A stretch of 64,000 bases of DNA from Heptranchias perlo. Its lineage: Eukaryota. The translations under genes were made by a program, and so were the position numbers. Shown piece by piece: positions 40,270 to 55,112 of this stretch (positions are counted from its first letter, which is position 1; every line of letters begins with the position of its first letter). Below the pieces are notes generated by a model. It made no database searches. It worked only from the letters and a program-made list of their open reading frames with translations, and was not told where the DNA came from. The stretch lies in NCBI RefSeq assembly GCF_035084215.1, contig NW_027139442.1, positions 4,154,001 through 4,218,000 on the forward strand, given 5' to 3'.

Positions 40270-40465
40270 TGATGTGGAGATGCCGGTGATGGACTGGGGT
40301 TGACAATTGTAAACAATTTTACAACACCAAGTTATCGTCCAGCAATTTTATTTTAAATTCACAAGCTTTCGGAGGCTTTACCTGACGAAGGAGGAAGCCT
40401 CCGAAAGCTTGTGAATTTAAAATAAAATTGCTGGACTATAACTTGGTGTTGTAAAATTGTTTATA
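40270..40465. mobile_element. Palindromic Penelope-like terminal-repeat insertion with 12-bp TSD
   Basis: ~69-bp inverted repeat (40310-40378 / 40395-40463); aacattgtgtca at 40258-40269 and 40466-40477; same 5' leader as the 13280 copy. Confidence 0.75.
40377..40415 (+). ncRNA. Minimal type-I hammerhead ribozyme-like motif
   Basis: tttac CTGACGA a GGAGG-aag-CCTCC GAAA gc TT gtgaa. Confidence 0.55.
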
Positions 40466-41188
40466 AACATTGTGTCAGAGAGAGTGTGTTAAAGGGGCGG
40501 GCGGGTTAGATTAATGTCACTGTGTTTGTGTGGCCGGTCACATCGCCGTATTTCCGGGTCGCTTTTCAGTAAAATTTTTAAAAATCCCTTTCAAAGGATC
40601 GCCCTTTCAAAGGATCGCCCTCCTCCCCTGCCGAGCTCCGAAGTGAAAAATTAAGGTAAGGTTTGAGTTCAATTCAAGATTTCAGACGAAAAACGGAGAT
40701 CGTGTCAGCGATCGGGTGAGAGAGCGCGATCAGTGCAGCAATGAAACGGGTTTAAATCGAAACTGGTGCTTTCAATTCCGGTGAAAGTTTTTCGACAGCA
40801 AACATTCCGGTGTTAGATATAGGAAGGGGCGAGTCTGGGAATAGCCCCTTCCCATATCCTTGAATATGAAGCCCGAGTCTGTAAGGGTTTGTGCGGAGCG
40901 CTGTGTTTCGGTTCAGTTATCGATAAACGGTTTGAAATTGGCGGGTGGAGAAAGCTGGAGGTGGAGTTGGAAGATCAGAGGCCGCTCTCTGCTCTGTCCG
41001 TTACTCTGACTCTCTCCTCCCCTCTCTGTTTAATATCTCACTCTGTCTCCTCCCCTCTCTGTTCAATGTCTCACTTTGTCTCCTCCCCTCCCTCTATCAT
41101 CCTGTGAATGTTTCAGTCAGGTCGGGACAGGCTGCATAAAAAGGGAACCAGCATAAGTTCGCTGTTCATTCAGCAGCGATCTGAGTGA

Positions 41189-41509
<321 letters not shown>

Positions 41510-41544
41510 ACAACTGGACCCTTTCTAACCGAACACAAAACAAA

Positions 41545-41585
41545 GGCTCTTCTAAGAGCCACCCACCGCCTCACAGAGAGAGCAC
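41545..41585 (+). terminator. Histone 3' stem-loop + HDE
   Basis: GGCTCTTCTAAGAGCC ACCCA (41545-41560), then AGAGAGAGCA. Confidence 0.93.
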
Positions 41586-42119
41586 TGACCTGGGAACGGG
41601 GAGAGGAAAGATTTAGGAGTGGGGAAGCAGTTTCCGATATTTAATTACGATGGGGAGATTCCCCAACATTCAGTCAAGGGAGATCAGCCATCCCGAGAGA
41701 AAGCGGAATTCCCGGTTTCACGGTATAAATGAACAGGTGGTGATACAGAGTCTTTCCGCAGACATTACATTCTCCGTTCAGAGTAAAATCCCGCCTCACA
41801 ACCTCTCCCGCTGTGTCCTCTCTGCTCGGTGTTTCATTCAATTATCAGGTCGATGTGAAGTTTCTGTTTGAGGAGCGGTTCACCGGGCTGGAACTGGCGG
41901 GATTTTTGAAATTGATGCTGGACTTTGTCCCGTTCAGGAAAACAATGACCGGGGCTTAATTCCCGCCCGTTTACAGACAGATCAGAGAATGAACCGGAAT
42001 GTGAAACAGCTTGAGATTTGAGCTGAGGAGTTGGAAATAATGGAGATTATACAGAGAGGGATTCTTAAATTGCTTGAGGGAAATGAGATTTTCTTGAAAC
42101 TGTTATTTGATGACCTGAA

Positions 42120-42670
<551 letters not shown>

Positions 42671-42703
42671 ACCCGACCCGGCTTCAGCACCAAGTTCAAC
42701 AAA

Positions 42704-42745
42704 GGCTCTTTTCAGAGCCACCAAATCGGCGATGGAAAGAGCTGT
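42704..42745 (+). terminator. Histone 3' stem-loop + HDE
   Basis: GGCTCTTTTCAGAGCC (42704-42719), then AAAGAGCTG. Confidence 0.93.
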
Positions 42746-43111
42746 GATCGCCTGGGTTGAAATCGCATGGCCTTGAGAAACTTGCTTGAATGGGAAATGC
42801 ATAAAAGGGAGGGAGCAGATGTGGGACGGACAGGGACAGAATAATTCCCTCACTCACATCCAAAAAGAAATTTCACTCACATTCTTAATTCAGCAATAGC
42901 TGACACAATAATCAGCATATCAGTCAGCATCTGTTCAAATCTGGGCAAAATAACTCAGACTGAGCCAGTGTTGTCCGAGAATGAGACAGAAAATAATCAT
43001 ATGCCTCCCTGGTATTTCTGTATTCCACCCGCCCAATTGACAATTCTGACGATTTTGTTATTTTTTGTCTCATTCACCATACAATCTGCAATTATCAATC
43101 TATGGGAGATT

Positions 43112-43144
43112 GGCGACATCTGCTGTCCGGAAGCGAGTACTGCA
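43112..43144 (-). promoter_or_regulatory. CTCF-like site
   Basis: RC TGCAGTACTC-gcttccg-GACAGCAGATGTCGCC. Confidence 0.55.
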
Positions 43145-43271
43145 ACAAACCGATCTGGATCATATGCATTGAACAAGTTATTGTTAGTTTCTCGGATCGG
43201 AATCAAGTCCCTATTAAATTGATTCATGACTCGCTTCGACAGTAACCAGCCCTTTCACCGATACAGTGGGT

Positions 43272-43287
43272 GGCTCTGAAAAGAGCC
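43272..43287 (-). terminator. Histone 3' stem-loop
   Basis: RC GGCTCTTTTCAGAGCC ACCCA. Confidence 0.95.
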
Positions 43288-43317
43288 TTTGGGTTATCAG
43301 ATCAAATCGTGTCCGCT

Positions 43318-43863
<546 letters not shown>

Positions 43864-44452
43864 TCATTCACCACTCAATAGCCGGCAATGAGAAAAGGGC
43901 GGAAAATACCGACCAGAACCGTTTTTTTGAAATTTGAAAAGCCCGCCAATATATTTGTAACACAAGAAGCGGATTTAGTAAATAATGTCGCGTAAAAACA
44001 AATATTTAAACATCTCATCTTTTACTCTGTTATTCCACATTTGTCGTCACAACTTCCAGAATCTGTTACAAACCGCTTCATTCTCCGTTCCCTTTCAATC
44101 GGGCGGGAATAAAGCCTCGTTTTGTCCCGAATAATTAACAAACAAACGTGAGAAGGAGAAAGAAATGACCGAACTCGAATCCACCGCCTTGAAACAGCGC
44201 TGAAGTGTCAGACGCGGGGGAAGGGGCGGAAAATGAACTGAAATGAGAGTTTCAGGGACACGTTTTTGTTTATTGGCTGTAAATTGAACATCGACACACA
44301 GATTATACCCGGCAGTGATTATGAGAATCTGTCCGATATCAAGAGAAATCACAAAAGGACAAGTTATAGAGAGACAGTTAGTGTCAAACTATCTACCGTA
44401 AAATGATTCCATCCAGAGGTGTCGGTACAGCGTCTTCAGAGAGACTGTGGGT

Positions 44453-44468
44453 GGCTCTTAAAAGAGCC
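44453..44468 (-). terminator. Histone 3' stem-loop
   Basis: RC GGCTCTTTTAAGAGCC ACCCA. Confidence 0.93.
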
Positions 44469-44502
44469 TTTGTGTTCATTTTTTTCAGTACATTGTGGAG
44501 TT

Positions 44503-44877
44503 TTACTTGGAGCTGGTGTATTTGGTCACCGCCTTTGTCCCTTCCGACACGGCGTGCTTGGCCAGTTCCCCGGGCAGCAGCAGGCGAACGGCGGTCTGGA
44601 TCTCCCGAGAGCTGATGGTGCGGCGTTTATTATAATGGGCCAGGCGGGAAGCCTCACCCGCGATGCGCTCGAAAATATCGTTCACAAAGGAGTTCATGAT
44701 GCTCATGGCCTTGGAGGAGATGCCGGTGTCGGGGTGAACCTGCTTCATCACTTTGTAGACGTAGATGGAGTAACTCTCCTTCCTCGCCTTTCTCCGCTTC
44801 TTGCCGCCCTTGGCTGGTGCTTTACTCAAGGTTTTCTTGGCGCCCTTCTTGGGAGCTGCTTTCTTGTCCTCAGGCAT
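44503..44877 (-). CDS. H2B: Histone H2B (124 aa)
   Basis: [18 protein letters not shown]; TATTTAA, ATTAGCAT (44955-44962) and CCAAT boxes upstream. Confidence 0.97.
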   Translation of the reverse strand: MPEDKKAAPKKGAKKTLSKAPAKGGKKRRKARKESYSIYVYKVMKQVHPDTGISSKAMSIMNSFVNDIFERIAGEASRLAHYNKRRTISSREIQTAVRLLLPGELAKHAVSEGTKAVTKYTSSK

Positions 44878-45129
44878 TTTCAAACTCAATTTCAAACTCA
44901 GAAATGACCGAAATCCGCTCCGAGCTCGGATTAAATAGGCAACCCCACAGCCCTATGCTAATGAGGGATGGGAAATATAATGATTGTGATTGGGACTGAT
45001 GTCACAACATTTTTCCTTTATCGATCTGATTGGATATCTGAAGAAACCAATCAGATTTAATACCTGCCACCAATCACAAACACGCTCACACTGCACATTG
45101 TCCGGTTTGAGCAATTTGTTCCGAACTGT

Positions 45130-45160
45130 TGCAGTTCTGCTTCCGGCCAGTAGATGTCCC
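45130..45160 (+). promoter_or_regulatory. CTCF-like site upstream of H2B
   Basis: TGCAGTTCTG-cttccgg-CCAGTAGATGTCCC. Confidence 0.6.
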
Positions 45161-45339
45161 CAAACCCCGGGTCATTGAAGTTTGCAGATGAGAGAGGGAC
45201 AGAAGATAAACTCATTCTTCACATTATATTGCACGAGTGGGATTTAGAAAAACTGGGAATGGAGAACATTGTATTATACAAAGCATTAGTTGTAATGCTG
45301 TATTAAATGTTTGTAATTAATTTAGGGGGTATAGCCTAC

Positions 45340-46320
45340 ACTGAGGAAAAATGCAAAAAATATAAAAAAAGAGTTTAATAAGCTTGCTGAAAGTCCGTGT
45401 CAATGGCCATTGAATTTCCATATGGAAAGGTGTGAGGTGGTGCATTTTGCTGGGGGAATAACGAGGCCACATACTGATTGGAAAATACGAGTCTAAATGA
45501 GGTCGAAGAGCAAAGGGATTTAGGGGTACAGTTTGACAAATCATTTAAAGTAGCAACACAGGTTGTTCAGACCATAAAAAAGCAAACACAGCACATTCTA
45601 GAGGAATAGAATTTAAAAGCAGATAAGTTATGTTGAACTGTGATTTAAACTGTCAAACCTTCTGCCAAACTATTAAACCATCCCTTTCTGAAATCCGTGA
45701 TAACTATTCTTTATTATATTTTCGGTCTCTGGATTTTTTCTGTTTCATCAGTGATTAAATGATTCCATGATCATTCCTACCACCGATGTTTGGTGAACTG
45801 GATTTGTTCTATCTCCTGTTTCAAAATAGAAGAATCACATTAACTGTAATCCAGTCCTCTGGCACTATTCCTTTATGTAATGATTTTTCCGATATATGTA
45901 ACGATGCCTCTGCTATCTCTTCCCTTGCTTCACTTACTATGTGCGGATGCAATCCATCTGGACCAGGAGTTCTACCACCATTTTAACATAAATGTCTTGA
46001 TATCTCTATTGAACTCTTCCTTTAATATCATGTTCACCCTGTTAATCTCCCGTGTAAATACTGAGGCAAAGTAATAATTCAATATTTCTGCCATTTCGCT
46101 GACGTTACCTGTGAGTTTATCTTGTGAATCCCTGAGTGGCACTCAAGATATTCTGATTTTCCTTTTGTTATTTTTGTGTCTGTGGAATAATTTACTATTA
46201 CTTTTTATATTCCTTGATAATTTGATTTCGTGGTTCCTGTTTGCTTCCCTAATTGTTTTTGTGACTTCTTCCTAACCTCTTCCTATTCGCTTTTGCCATC
46301 CCCTTATTTAATATCTATGA
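45340..46320. mobile_element. Decayed CR1 fragments (paralog of 22005-23000)
   Basis: Collinear similarity to 22005-23000. Confidence 0.6.
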
Positions 46321-46465
46321 ATGAGAAATTCCACCAGCTTGTTGTGTCTGTTCAGGGGATGATTTTTTGGAACGATTTATTGTCTGTGATTAAACTGCCA
46401 GAAACCCAAAGGGAACAATTCAGTCCGAAATTCCACAGAAACTCTCTATTTCTCCATCCAAGTGA

Positions 46466-46538
46466 AATAAGGTGCTATAATGGTGAGTATAGCTGCCTTC
46501 CCAGCAATTAATTCCAACAGGTTTGAATCCCAGCACGC
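46466..46538 (+). pseudogene. tRNA-Gly pseudogene
   Basis: ctataatggtgagtatagctgccttcccagcaatt..ggtttgaatccc; paralog of 23141-23213. Confidence 0.65.
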
Positions 46539-47279
46539 TGAATTCAGAAACACCAAGACTGGAACCGAATTTGATGATGTTCAGAGCGATAATGTTTCCA
46601 AACGGGTCCAATTTATACAAAAAATACTTTTAAAATTCATTTCTTCCACCATAACGTTGAATTTAACTGTTCCTTTGTATTATTATTTGCCCTGATCTGT
46701 ACGGTGGATAAAGGACACAATTGCACGGATCTGTGAAATTAATTGATTGTCTGAAGTTTTTCCCTCTGTTGATTCCCGTTCCTTATTTAAATTATGTCGG
46801 ATTAACCTTTCTGATCTATCGAAGGATCATTGACCTGAATCGTTAACCCGAGCTTCCCTTCTCCACAGATGCTGCCGGACCTGCTGAGTCTTTCCAGCAT
46901 TTTCGGTTTTAATTTTTTCTATATTTTATCCCTTTCACTTTTGACGGTCGCCGTTGAAACTTCCAGATTTGCGCTCAGTTTTTATTTGTGTTGCAGTTCG
47001 GTATATTTGAATTAATATAAATCGTGTCATAAGAAATCAGACAGAAATTTTGCGCAATGTAGAGGGAAATATAATGGGGCAACTTTCGAACGATCAAAAC
47101 AAAACTTTATTATGAATCAATTGTCTAATTTTTCACTGACAAAATATGAAAAAATACGAGAGTAGAAGTTACGGGGAGAAACTATTTCCTCACATTGCAC
47201 ATTGTGCTGAATCTGTAACAACGACAGATGATGTGAATTTATTCCACTCTGTTACAGTTCTTACTAATGTCCAATAGAT

Positions 47280-49100
47280 GTCAGACTGTATGAGAGTGTG
47301 GGATTAATTCTCTGTCTGTCAGTCAGTATGTGAGTGTGAGATTCATTCCGTATCCGTCAGTCTCCAGTACAGTCTGTGAGTGTGGGATTCATTTTGTATC
47401 TGTCAGTCTCCAGTACAGTCTGTGAGTGTGGGATTCATTCTGTATCTGTCATTCTCTGGTACCGTGTGTGAGTTTGGGATTCATTCTGTATCTGTCAGTC
47501 TCTGGCACTGAATGTGAGTGTGGGATTCATTCTGTATCTGTCAGTCTCTGGTACTGTCTGTGAATGTGGGATTCATTCTGTATCTGTCAATCTCTGGTAC
47601 TATATGTGAGTGTGGGATTCATTCTGTATCTGTCAGTCTCTGGTTCTGTGTGTGAGTGTGGGATTCATTCTGTATCTGTCAGTCTCTGATACTGTCTGTG
47701 AATGTGGGATTCATTCTGTATCTGTCAATCTCTGGTTCTATCTGTGAGTGTGGGTTTCATTCTGTGACTGTCAGTCTCTGGTATTTTATCTCAGTGGGGG
47801 ATTCATCCTGTAACTCAGTCTATGGGAAAAGTGCAAGTCTGGATTCGTTCTGCATTCTTATTTCAGGTTGCAGTATAGTGCTTGAAACTGTTTCTTAAAT
47901 TCATTAATATGTACAAATCTTTTGTCTGGCATTAATTTGTAAATATGGATACACTATTGGATTTTGTTTTCATCTAACAACATGTGTGAGTTTTGTTGTA
48001 GGATTATATCTTAATCTCTGAAGATAATGTACATGTCAATCTTTTGCTGTGAATTTTTTGGACTCGTATTTAATGCGTAGCTCAGTCTGGACTAATGGAA
48101 TTGATATTGTATCTTTCAGGCTGACATTGTATGAGATTTTTGACCTGGTATGTAATCTGTTGTTCTGTCTGTACAAATGGAATTGACACTCTAACTTTCA
48201 GTCAGACACTGCAAGAGATTTTTGGACTGGTTTGTAATGTGTAGCTCAGTCTGCACTGATGGAATTCATACTGAACCTTCCAGTCTGTTACTGTGTCATA
48301 TATTTAGGCTGGTTTGTAAGGTGTCGTTCACTCTGCACCAATGGAATTGATACTGTATCTTTCAGTTTGACACTGAATGTAACTTTTGGACTGGTATCTA
48401 ATGTGAACCTCAGTCTGCACTAATGGGTTTGATACTGTATCTTCCAGTCTGATACCGTGTGAGGTTTTTCTACTGGTATGTTACGTGTAGATCAGTCTGT
48501 ACTAATCAAATCGATACTATATATTCCATTATGATACTGTACTTGATTTTTGGACAGGTATCTAATGTGAATCTCTGTCTGCAGTAAAGGAATTGATACT
48601 GTGCCTTTCAGTTTGACACAATGTGATTTTTGGACAGGTAACTAATGTGTACCTCAGCCTGCACTAATGGGATTGATACTGTATCTTCCAGTACGAGACT
48701 CTATGTGAATTTTGGACTTGTATATAATGTGTAGCTCAATCCGCACTGATGGAATTGATTCTGTATCTTTCAACCTGACACTGAGATTTTTGGACTTGTA
48801 TGTGACGTGTAGCTCAGTCTGCACCAATGGGATTGATACTGTATCTTTCAGTCTCATACTTTATGATAATTTTGGACTGGTATCTAATGTGTACCTCAGT
48901 CTGCAGTAAAGGAATTGAAATGGACATTGCATTCTGACACTATGAGGTTTTTGGACAAATATGTGAGTCAAATTTGGGTAACATCTGAACTGGTATCTAA
49001 TGTGTATCTCAGTGTACAATGTGGTCATGAATACTGCATCTTTAAACTCATAATGTGTGAGAGTTGTGGGCTGGTACTTAATTTGAATCTCGGGTACACT
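47280..49100 (-). repeat. 46-bp and ~82-bp satellite array
   Basis: Paralog of 23970-25900; degenerate CTCF-like site at its edge (47253-47284). Confidence 0.9.
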
Positions 49101-50056
49101 ATTTTGATTCATTCTGTACCTATCAATCGGTCCCATGTGTCAGTTCTATCTGGGATTTAATTTGTAGCTAAGGCTGAACTAACGTGAGATTGACACAGTG
49201 CCTTTCAATCTGATACTGGGTGTGATTTTGGACTGGGAATTATTTATCTGCCGGTCAGCGGTACTGAGTCATTGTGAAATGGAAATTCCGTCTGTCTCTC
49301 CTGCTCTGTTTGACTGTTGGATTGGGATCAGTATGCGACTGGCTATTTCTGCTGTCTGAGGTTGTGGGACTGGTGACCTGTCCTTGTCTCTGTGCTCTGT
49401 GAGTGTTAATGTACCTACTGTGTGTGAGAAGCAGCTGGCTGCATTGACTGCTCCACGTGCCTCGGGTGGAGTCAACATCACATTGACTGTGGGTCCTTCA
49501 AGGATTTGCCTGCAGGAAGAAAAAATATCGCTTGTAACTTAACAACAGGTGAAGTAGAAAATACAAACGTGATCAATTGAATCTCTCTGTTAATAATAAT
49601 TGTAATATCTACAAATAGAAAACCAGTGATACAAACAGTGTCAGTGTCTGACTCCACTGCAGTACTGCAGCACTCAGCTTCTGCACACCAGGTGTGTTGG
49701 GCAGTTTTACAAAAAAATAGTGACATCCAGATACAACCCAACCCCTGCACTGATCCATGGGGCGGGAACCTTTGTACAGGTCAGGTTTCTAATCCCCTCT
49801 CCCATGGGACTAACCATAAAACCGAAACAAAACAGTCACTGTTTAAAATTTGTCCTTCAAACAGCTCACCTGATGCCTGCAATAGATGGTCTTTTTATAA
49901 CTCCCCATATCCTTACTGTACGGCTCTGTTCACTGTTCAATAACAAACACTAAAGGTTAATGGGCAGATATGAAAAATCAGATTTAATTCCTGCCACCAA
50001 TCACAAACACGTTCACACTGCACATTATCCGGTTTCACCAATTTGTACCGAATTGT

Positions 50057-50087
50057 TGCGGTTCTGCTTCCGGCCAGTTGATGTCCC
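50057..50087 (+). promoter_or_regulatory. CTCF-like site (degenerate) next to a truncated H2B promoter
   Basis: TGCGGTTCTG-cttccgg-CCAGTTGATGTCCC. Confidence 0.4.
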
Positions 50088-50674
50088 CAAACCCCGGGAC
50101 ATTGAAGTTTGCAGATGAGAGAGGGACAGAAGATAAACTCATTCTTCACATTATATTGCACGAGTGAGATTTAGAAAAACTAGGAATGGAGACGTGCTGC
50201 AAGTACATTTTGTTAGACCAAACACTATTTGTAATGCTGTGTTAAATTCTTCTAATCAATTTAGGGGGTATTATCTATTCTGAGGAAGACTGTGAAGCTA
50301 GGAGAACGGCCGTGTAAATGCCAATTGAATTTCAATATAGAAAGGTGCGAGGTGGTGCGTTTCACTTGGGGGAATAAGGAGGCCATATACTGCTTGGAAA
50401 AGAAGAATCTAAATGGGGTGGAGGAGCAATGTAAATCGTGTCCTGAGAAACCAGAGATAAATACTGTGCAATGTACAGTGAAATATAATGCGGTAAATTC
50501 ACAACTATCGAATGAGTAAAACAAAAACCTTATTATAAATCAATTGTCTTCATTTTTCACTATCATAATGTGCAAAAATGCGACAATAATTGTTACAGAC
50601 AGAGACTTTCCTCACATTGCAGATTGTCCTGTTTCTGTAACCATGACAGATGATGTGAATTTGTTCCACTCTTT

Positions 50675-50706
50675 TACAGTTCTCGCTTACGTCCAGTAGA
50701 GGTCAG
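50675..50706 (+). promoter_or_regulatory. CTCF-like site at satellite edge
   Basis: TACAGTTCTC-gcttacgt-CCAGTAGAGGTCAG. Confidence 0.55.
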
Positions 50707-52800
50707 TCTCTGGTACTGTGTATGAGAGTGGGGTTTCTTCTGTGTCTGTCTGTCTCTGGGACTGTGTGTGAGAATGGGGTTTATTCTCTACCTGTCTGTC
50801 TCTGGTACTGTGCGCGAGTTTGGGATTCATTCTGTATCTATCAGTCTCCACTACTGAGTGTGAGCGTAGGGTATATTCTGCATCTGTCAGTCTAAGGTAC
50901 TACATATAAGTGATGGATTCATTCTGTATCTGTCTATCTCTAGCACCTGTCAGTCTCTGGTACTGTCTGTGAGTGTTGGATACATTCTGTATCTGCCATT
51001 TTCTGCTATTTTATCTCAGTGTGGGATTCATTCTGTAATTCAGTCTCTGAGACAATGTGCAAGTCTGGATTCATTCTGTATTCTTATTTCAGATTACAGT
51101 ATCGGATTTGAAACTATATTTTTAATACTTTAAAGTATATACAGTTCTTCGAGTATTTAATTTGTTAATATGGATACAATTATCGGTTTTCTTTAATCAA
51201 ACAACGTGTGTGAGTTTTGGAGTAATGTTACATCTTAATCTCTGAACTTTATTATGAATGATAATGTACTTTTCAGTCTGTTTATGTTGAAATTACTGGA
51301 CTGGTATGTAATGTGTAGCTCAGTCTGCAATAATGGGATTAAGTCTATATCTGAGTCTAACACTATGAGGTTTTTGGACTGGTATGTAATATGTAGCTCA
51401 TCTTGCACTAAAGGAATTGATACTGTATCTTTAATTCTGATATTGTATGAGATTTTTGGACTGGAATGTGATGTGCAGCTCAGTCTTCAATAATGGAAGT
51501 GATATTGAATCATTCAATCTGTTACTCTATGAGATTTTTGGACTGGTGAGTAACATATAGTTCAGTCTGTGCTGATGAATTTGATGTTGTATATTTGAGT
51601 CTGTTACATTATGAGATTCTTGGACTGCTATATAATGTGTGGCTCAGTCTGCACTCATGGAATCGATAATCTCTCTTTCAGTCTAATATTTTATGGGTTT
51701 TTCAGTCTGGGATGCAATGTACAGGTCAGACAGTGCTAATAGAATTGAAGCTGTATCTTCCAGTCTGAACATTTATGAGGTTTTTGGACTAGTATGTAAT
51801 GTGTAGCTCAGTCTGTACCAAAGGTATTGATAATGTATATTTCAGTATAATACTCTATGAGTATTTACCAATATATCGAATATGTAACTCAGTCTGAACT
51901 AATGGAATTGATACAGTATCTTTCAATCTGACACTATGAGATCTTTGGACAGGTATGCAATGTATAACTCAGTCTTCAGTAATGTGACTGTGACATTCAT
52001 TCTGTATCTGTCAGTTTGTGGTACTGTGTGAGTGAGATTCATTCTGTTCCTGGTAATCTATGTGAGTATGGGATTCGTTCTGTATCTGTCAATTTCTTGT
52101 ACTGTGTGTGAGTATGAGATTCATTCTGTATCTGCCATCTCTGGTACTGTGTGTGAATGTGGGATTCATTCTTTATCTGTGTGTCTCTGTACTGTATCTG
52201 AGTGTGAGATTCATTCTGTATCTGTATCTAATTATTTTCTCCGATTACATTATGGTATTCAATACTGTACTTTAATATCATAATGTTTAAATAATTTTTC
52301 TCATTATTTAATTGGTAAATTTGGATAAACTTCAGGATTTGATGCTGGAGGTTTTAATCAGATAATTTGTGTGCTTTTGGACTACTATTAAATCTATATC
52401 TCTTTGAGTAATATTGTGAATGTTAATATATCTTTCAAACTGACATGGTGACATTTTTGAATTGCTATATAATGTGTAGATCAGTCTGCACTAAATGAAT
52501 TGATACTGCATTATTACATTTTATTTTATAACATTTTTGGACTGGTATGTAATGTGTATCTCAGTCTGTGCTAATAGAATTGATACTGTATTTTTAAATC
52601 TCATACTATGAGTATATTATAAACTGGTATCTAATATGTTACTTAGGTTACACTGTCACAGCATTTCTCAATCTGATACTGTACATGAGTTTTGGACTGG
52701 CAATTTGTATTCGAATGGTACACGATTCGAATGGATACTGCATGCATTAAACTCACGTGTGTGTGAGTTCTGGGCTAGTATTCAATTTGAATCTCGGGGT
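50706..52800 (-). repeat. 46/82-bp satellite; unamplified paralog of the 1199-bp unit
   Basis: Same subunit order as 27510-28850, present once. Confidence 0.88.
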
Positions 52801-53689
52801 ATCTGGTACTTAATTCATGGCTGATGTGAAATTGACAATCTGAAAGCGAGACTTTGGACTGGGATTTTTGTATCTACCTGTCAGCGGGACTGAGTTCGGG
52901 AGAAATGGAACAGTGTCTGCCTCACCTCCTCTGTTTGACTGTTGGATTGAAAATGTGTCTCTGGAAATTTGGGATCAGTGTGGGACTGACTACTTCTGCT
53001 GACTGAGACTGTGGAACTGATGACCTGTCTGTGTCTCCGTGCTCTGTGAGTGATAATATACATACTGTGTGTGATAAGGAGTTGGCAGCACTGTTCCTTT
53101 GCCTCGGGTGGACGAAATTACACATTTAATCTGGCTCCTTCAAGGGTTTGCCTGTAAAAAGAAACGTATCTCTTGTAACTCAAGAACAGGTGAGGTGGAA
53201 AATACAAAAGTGATCAGTTTAATATCTGTTAATAATTATTTTGAATATCCACAATTGAAAATCAGCGATACAAACAGTATCAGTATCTGACTCCACTGCA
53301 ATACTGCAGCACTCAGCTTCTGCAGAGCAGGTGTGTTGGGCTGTTTTATAACAATTTAGAGGCATTCAGACACAACCCAACCACTGCACTGGTCCATGAA
53401 TGGGACTACCCGATGTTCGGGTCAGGTTTCTAAACCCCTCATCCAGGGGACTAACCGTTCAACTGAAAGCAAACAGCCGTTGTTTAAAATGTGTCCTTCA
53501 ACTTCTCACCTGGTGCCTGCAATAGATGCTCTTTGTATAACTCCCCACATCCTTACTGTCCGGCTCTGTTTCCACTCTTCAATGTCCAGTAACAATAAAC
53601 AGGATGAGACTGGAAATAAACCAGGAACATTCACTGCTGGTTTGGGGAGAGAAAGCAGCAATGATTTTAAATAGCACTTTCTTCCCATT

Positions 53690-54110
53690 CTCTCTCCCTT
53701 ACCCTGGACACACCCTGTGCACAAACAGCCCGAGAATGACCTCTCCCTTCCCCCGCTCAATAGATGTTCCTGGACTAGTTCCTGATCCACTCCGCCTCTT
53801 ACAAACAGCCCTCGGACTTCCCCTGCCCTTCCCCCGGACTCAATGGCGATCTGAGCCCATCTGCGGACACGGTCCCGAAGCGATGAGCTGCTGTAACGAG
53901 GCTGCTCTTTGCTCCCTTCCCCCGGGGGCCGTGATCTCTCCATTCCCGGCTGTTTTAAACCATCTTCTTCCGCTCACTGAGGGAATGGCGCCCACAGGCC
54001 GAGCTGGGGGAGGGGAGCGCGCATGCGCTCTTCCGCTCACCAACAAGCAGCCCTGGGGGCGGGGCTGATTCACGCATGCGCAGATATCTGGTAAAATTCC
54101 CAATACAAAA
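53690..54110 (-). promoter_or_regulatory. CpG-rich promoter-like module, copy 3
   Basis: Reverse-complement paralog of 5480-5900; GCGCGCATGCGC ~54017, CACGCATGCGCA 54071. Confidence 0.55.
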
Positions 54111-55112
54111 ATCGATGGAAACTTTCCCCAATTGGAATTTTTCAGAGTCTGAGCAAAGGAAGTGGGGCTGGGGGAAAGGTCAGAGGGAATGGGGTCCACA
54201 GGCAGTGCAGGAACAGGCACCAGAATGGAAAACAGATGGGATTCCACCAGTGCCGAACGCTGGAATCCAGACTGACTTTACAACCTCTAACTATTAAACT
54301 TGATGTTTCCATCCTTGCTGTTCCTGTCCATATCTTGTGATGGTAAAGAGCCTTTCATAGATTAAGTGGGCGGCTGTGGAATGTGCCAAAGGATTCTGTT
54401 CATTTTTGGCCCCTCTACTGATAAATGAACGTGTGACTCCGAAACTGGAGGGTGGATTTCTCAGACCAATCCTGGAGAAACATGGGAGGAAAGTGGGAGT
54501 TGGTGCATTTGCTGGGACCGTGTAGAATTAATATCTGACAGCAACAATCCCAGATTAATTTAACCGGAGTGAAATTCTCGGTTACTAAGAGTAATATCGA
54601 ACAGCCTTGAGCTGCAAAACTTCAGATGGTATAACAGGCAAAAGAGGGTTAAATGTGGCTTATTGTTTTTGTCACTCTGCACTTTCCCTGAGTGTGGGAT
54701 TAATAGTGTGTCTGTCCCTTGTACAATATCAGTGAGAGATGAAATTGCATCTTCTGTCTCTCCAACGCGATCTTTCTGGATAAAACAGAACTTTACCGGT
54801 TCTCTCACCGCTCTCTCTGTCTCTCTCACCGTGTCTGCTTCCCTTTCTCTCTCTCTGGCGCTGTTTCTGAAGGTGGATATTGCTATTGTGCGTGATTTAG
54901 ACACTGATACGAAGTGTAAGATTGATACTGTTTCTCTCTCTCTAGTGCTCACATGAAGGTGGGATACTGTCTGATATAAAACAGAGAGAATGAGATGTCC
55001 GGGCCGGGCCGCACTATAACTGGGGATGTGTTCGGCATCAGTCCAAGTTAATGGTCATTATCTTTTCACAGATTCAGGGCGAGTGTCTTTGTCAGACGGT
55101 AACGCTGGCGAA

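Noticed and set aside
40585-40662. 16-bp tandem duplication (ccctttcaaaggatcg) and donor-like AG|GTAAGG near CpG-rich sequence
   Set aside because: Too little evidence for a transcription unit
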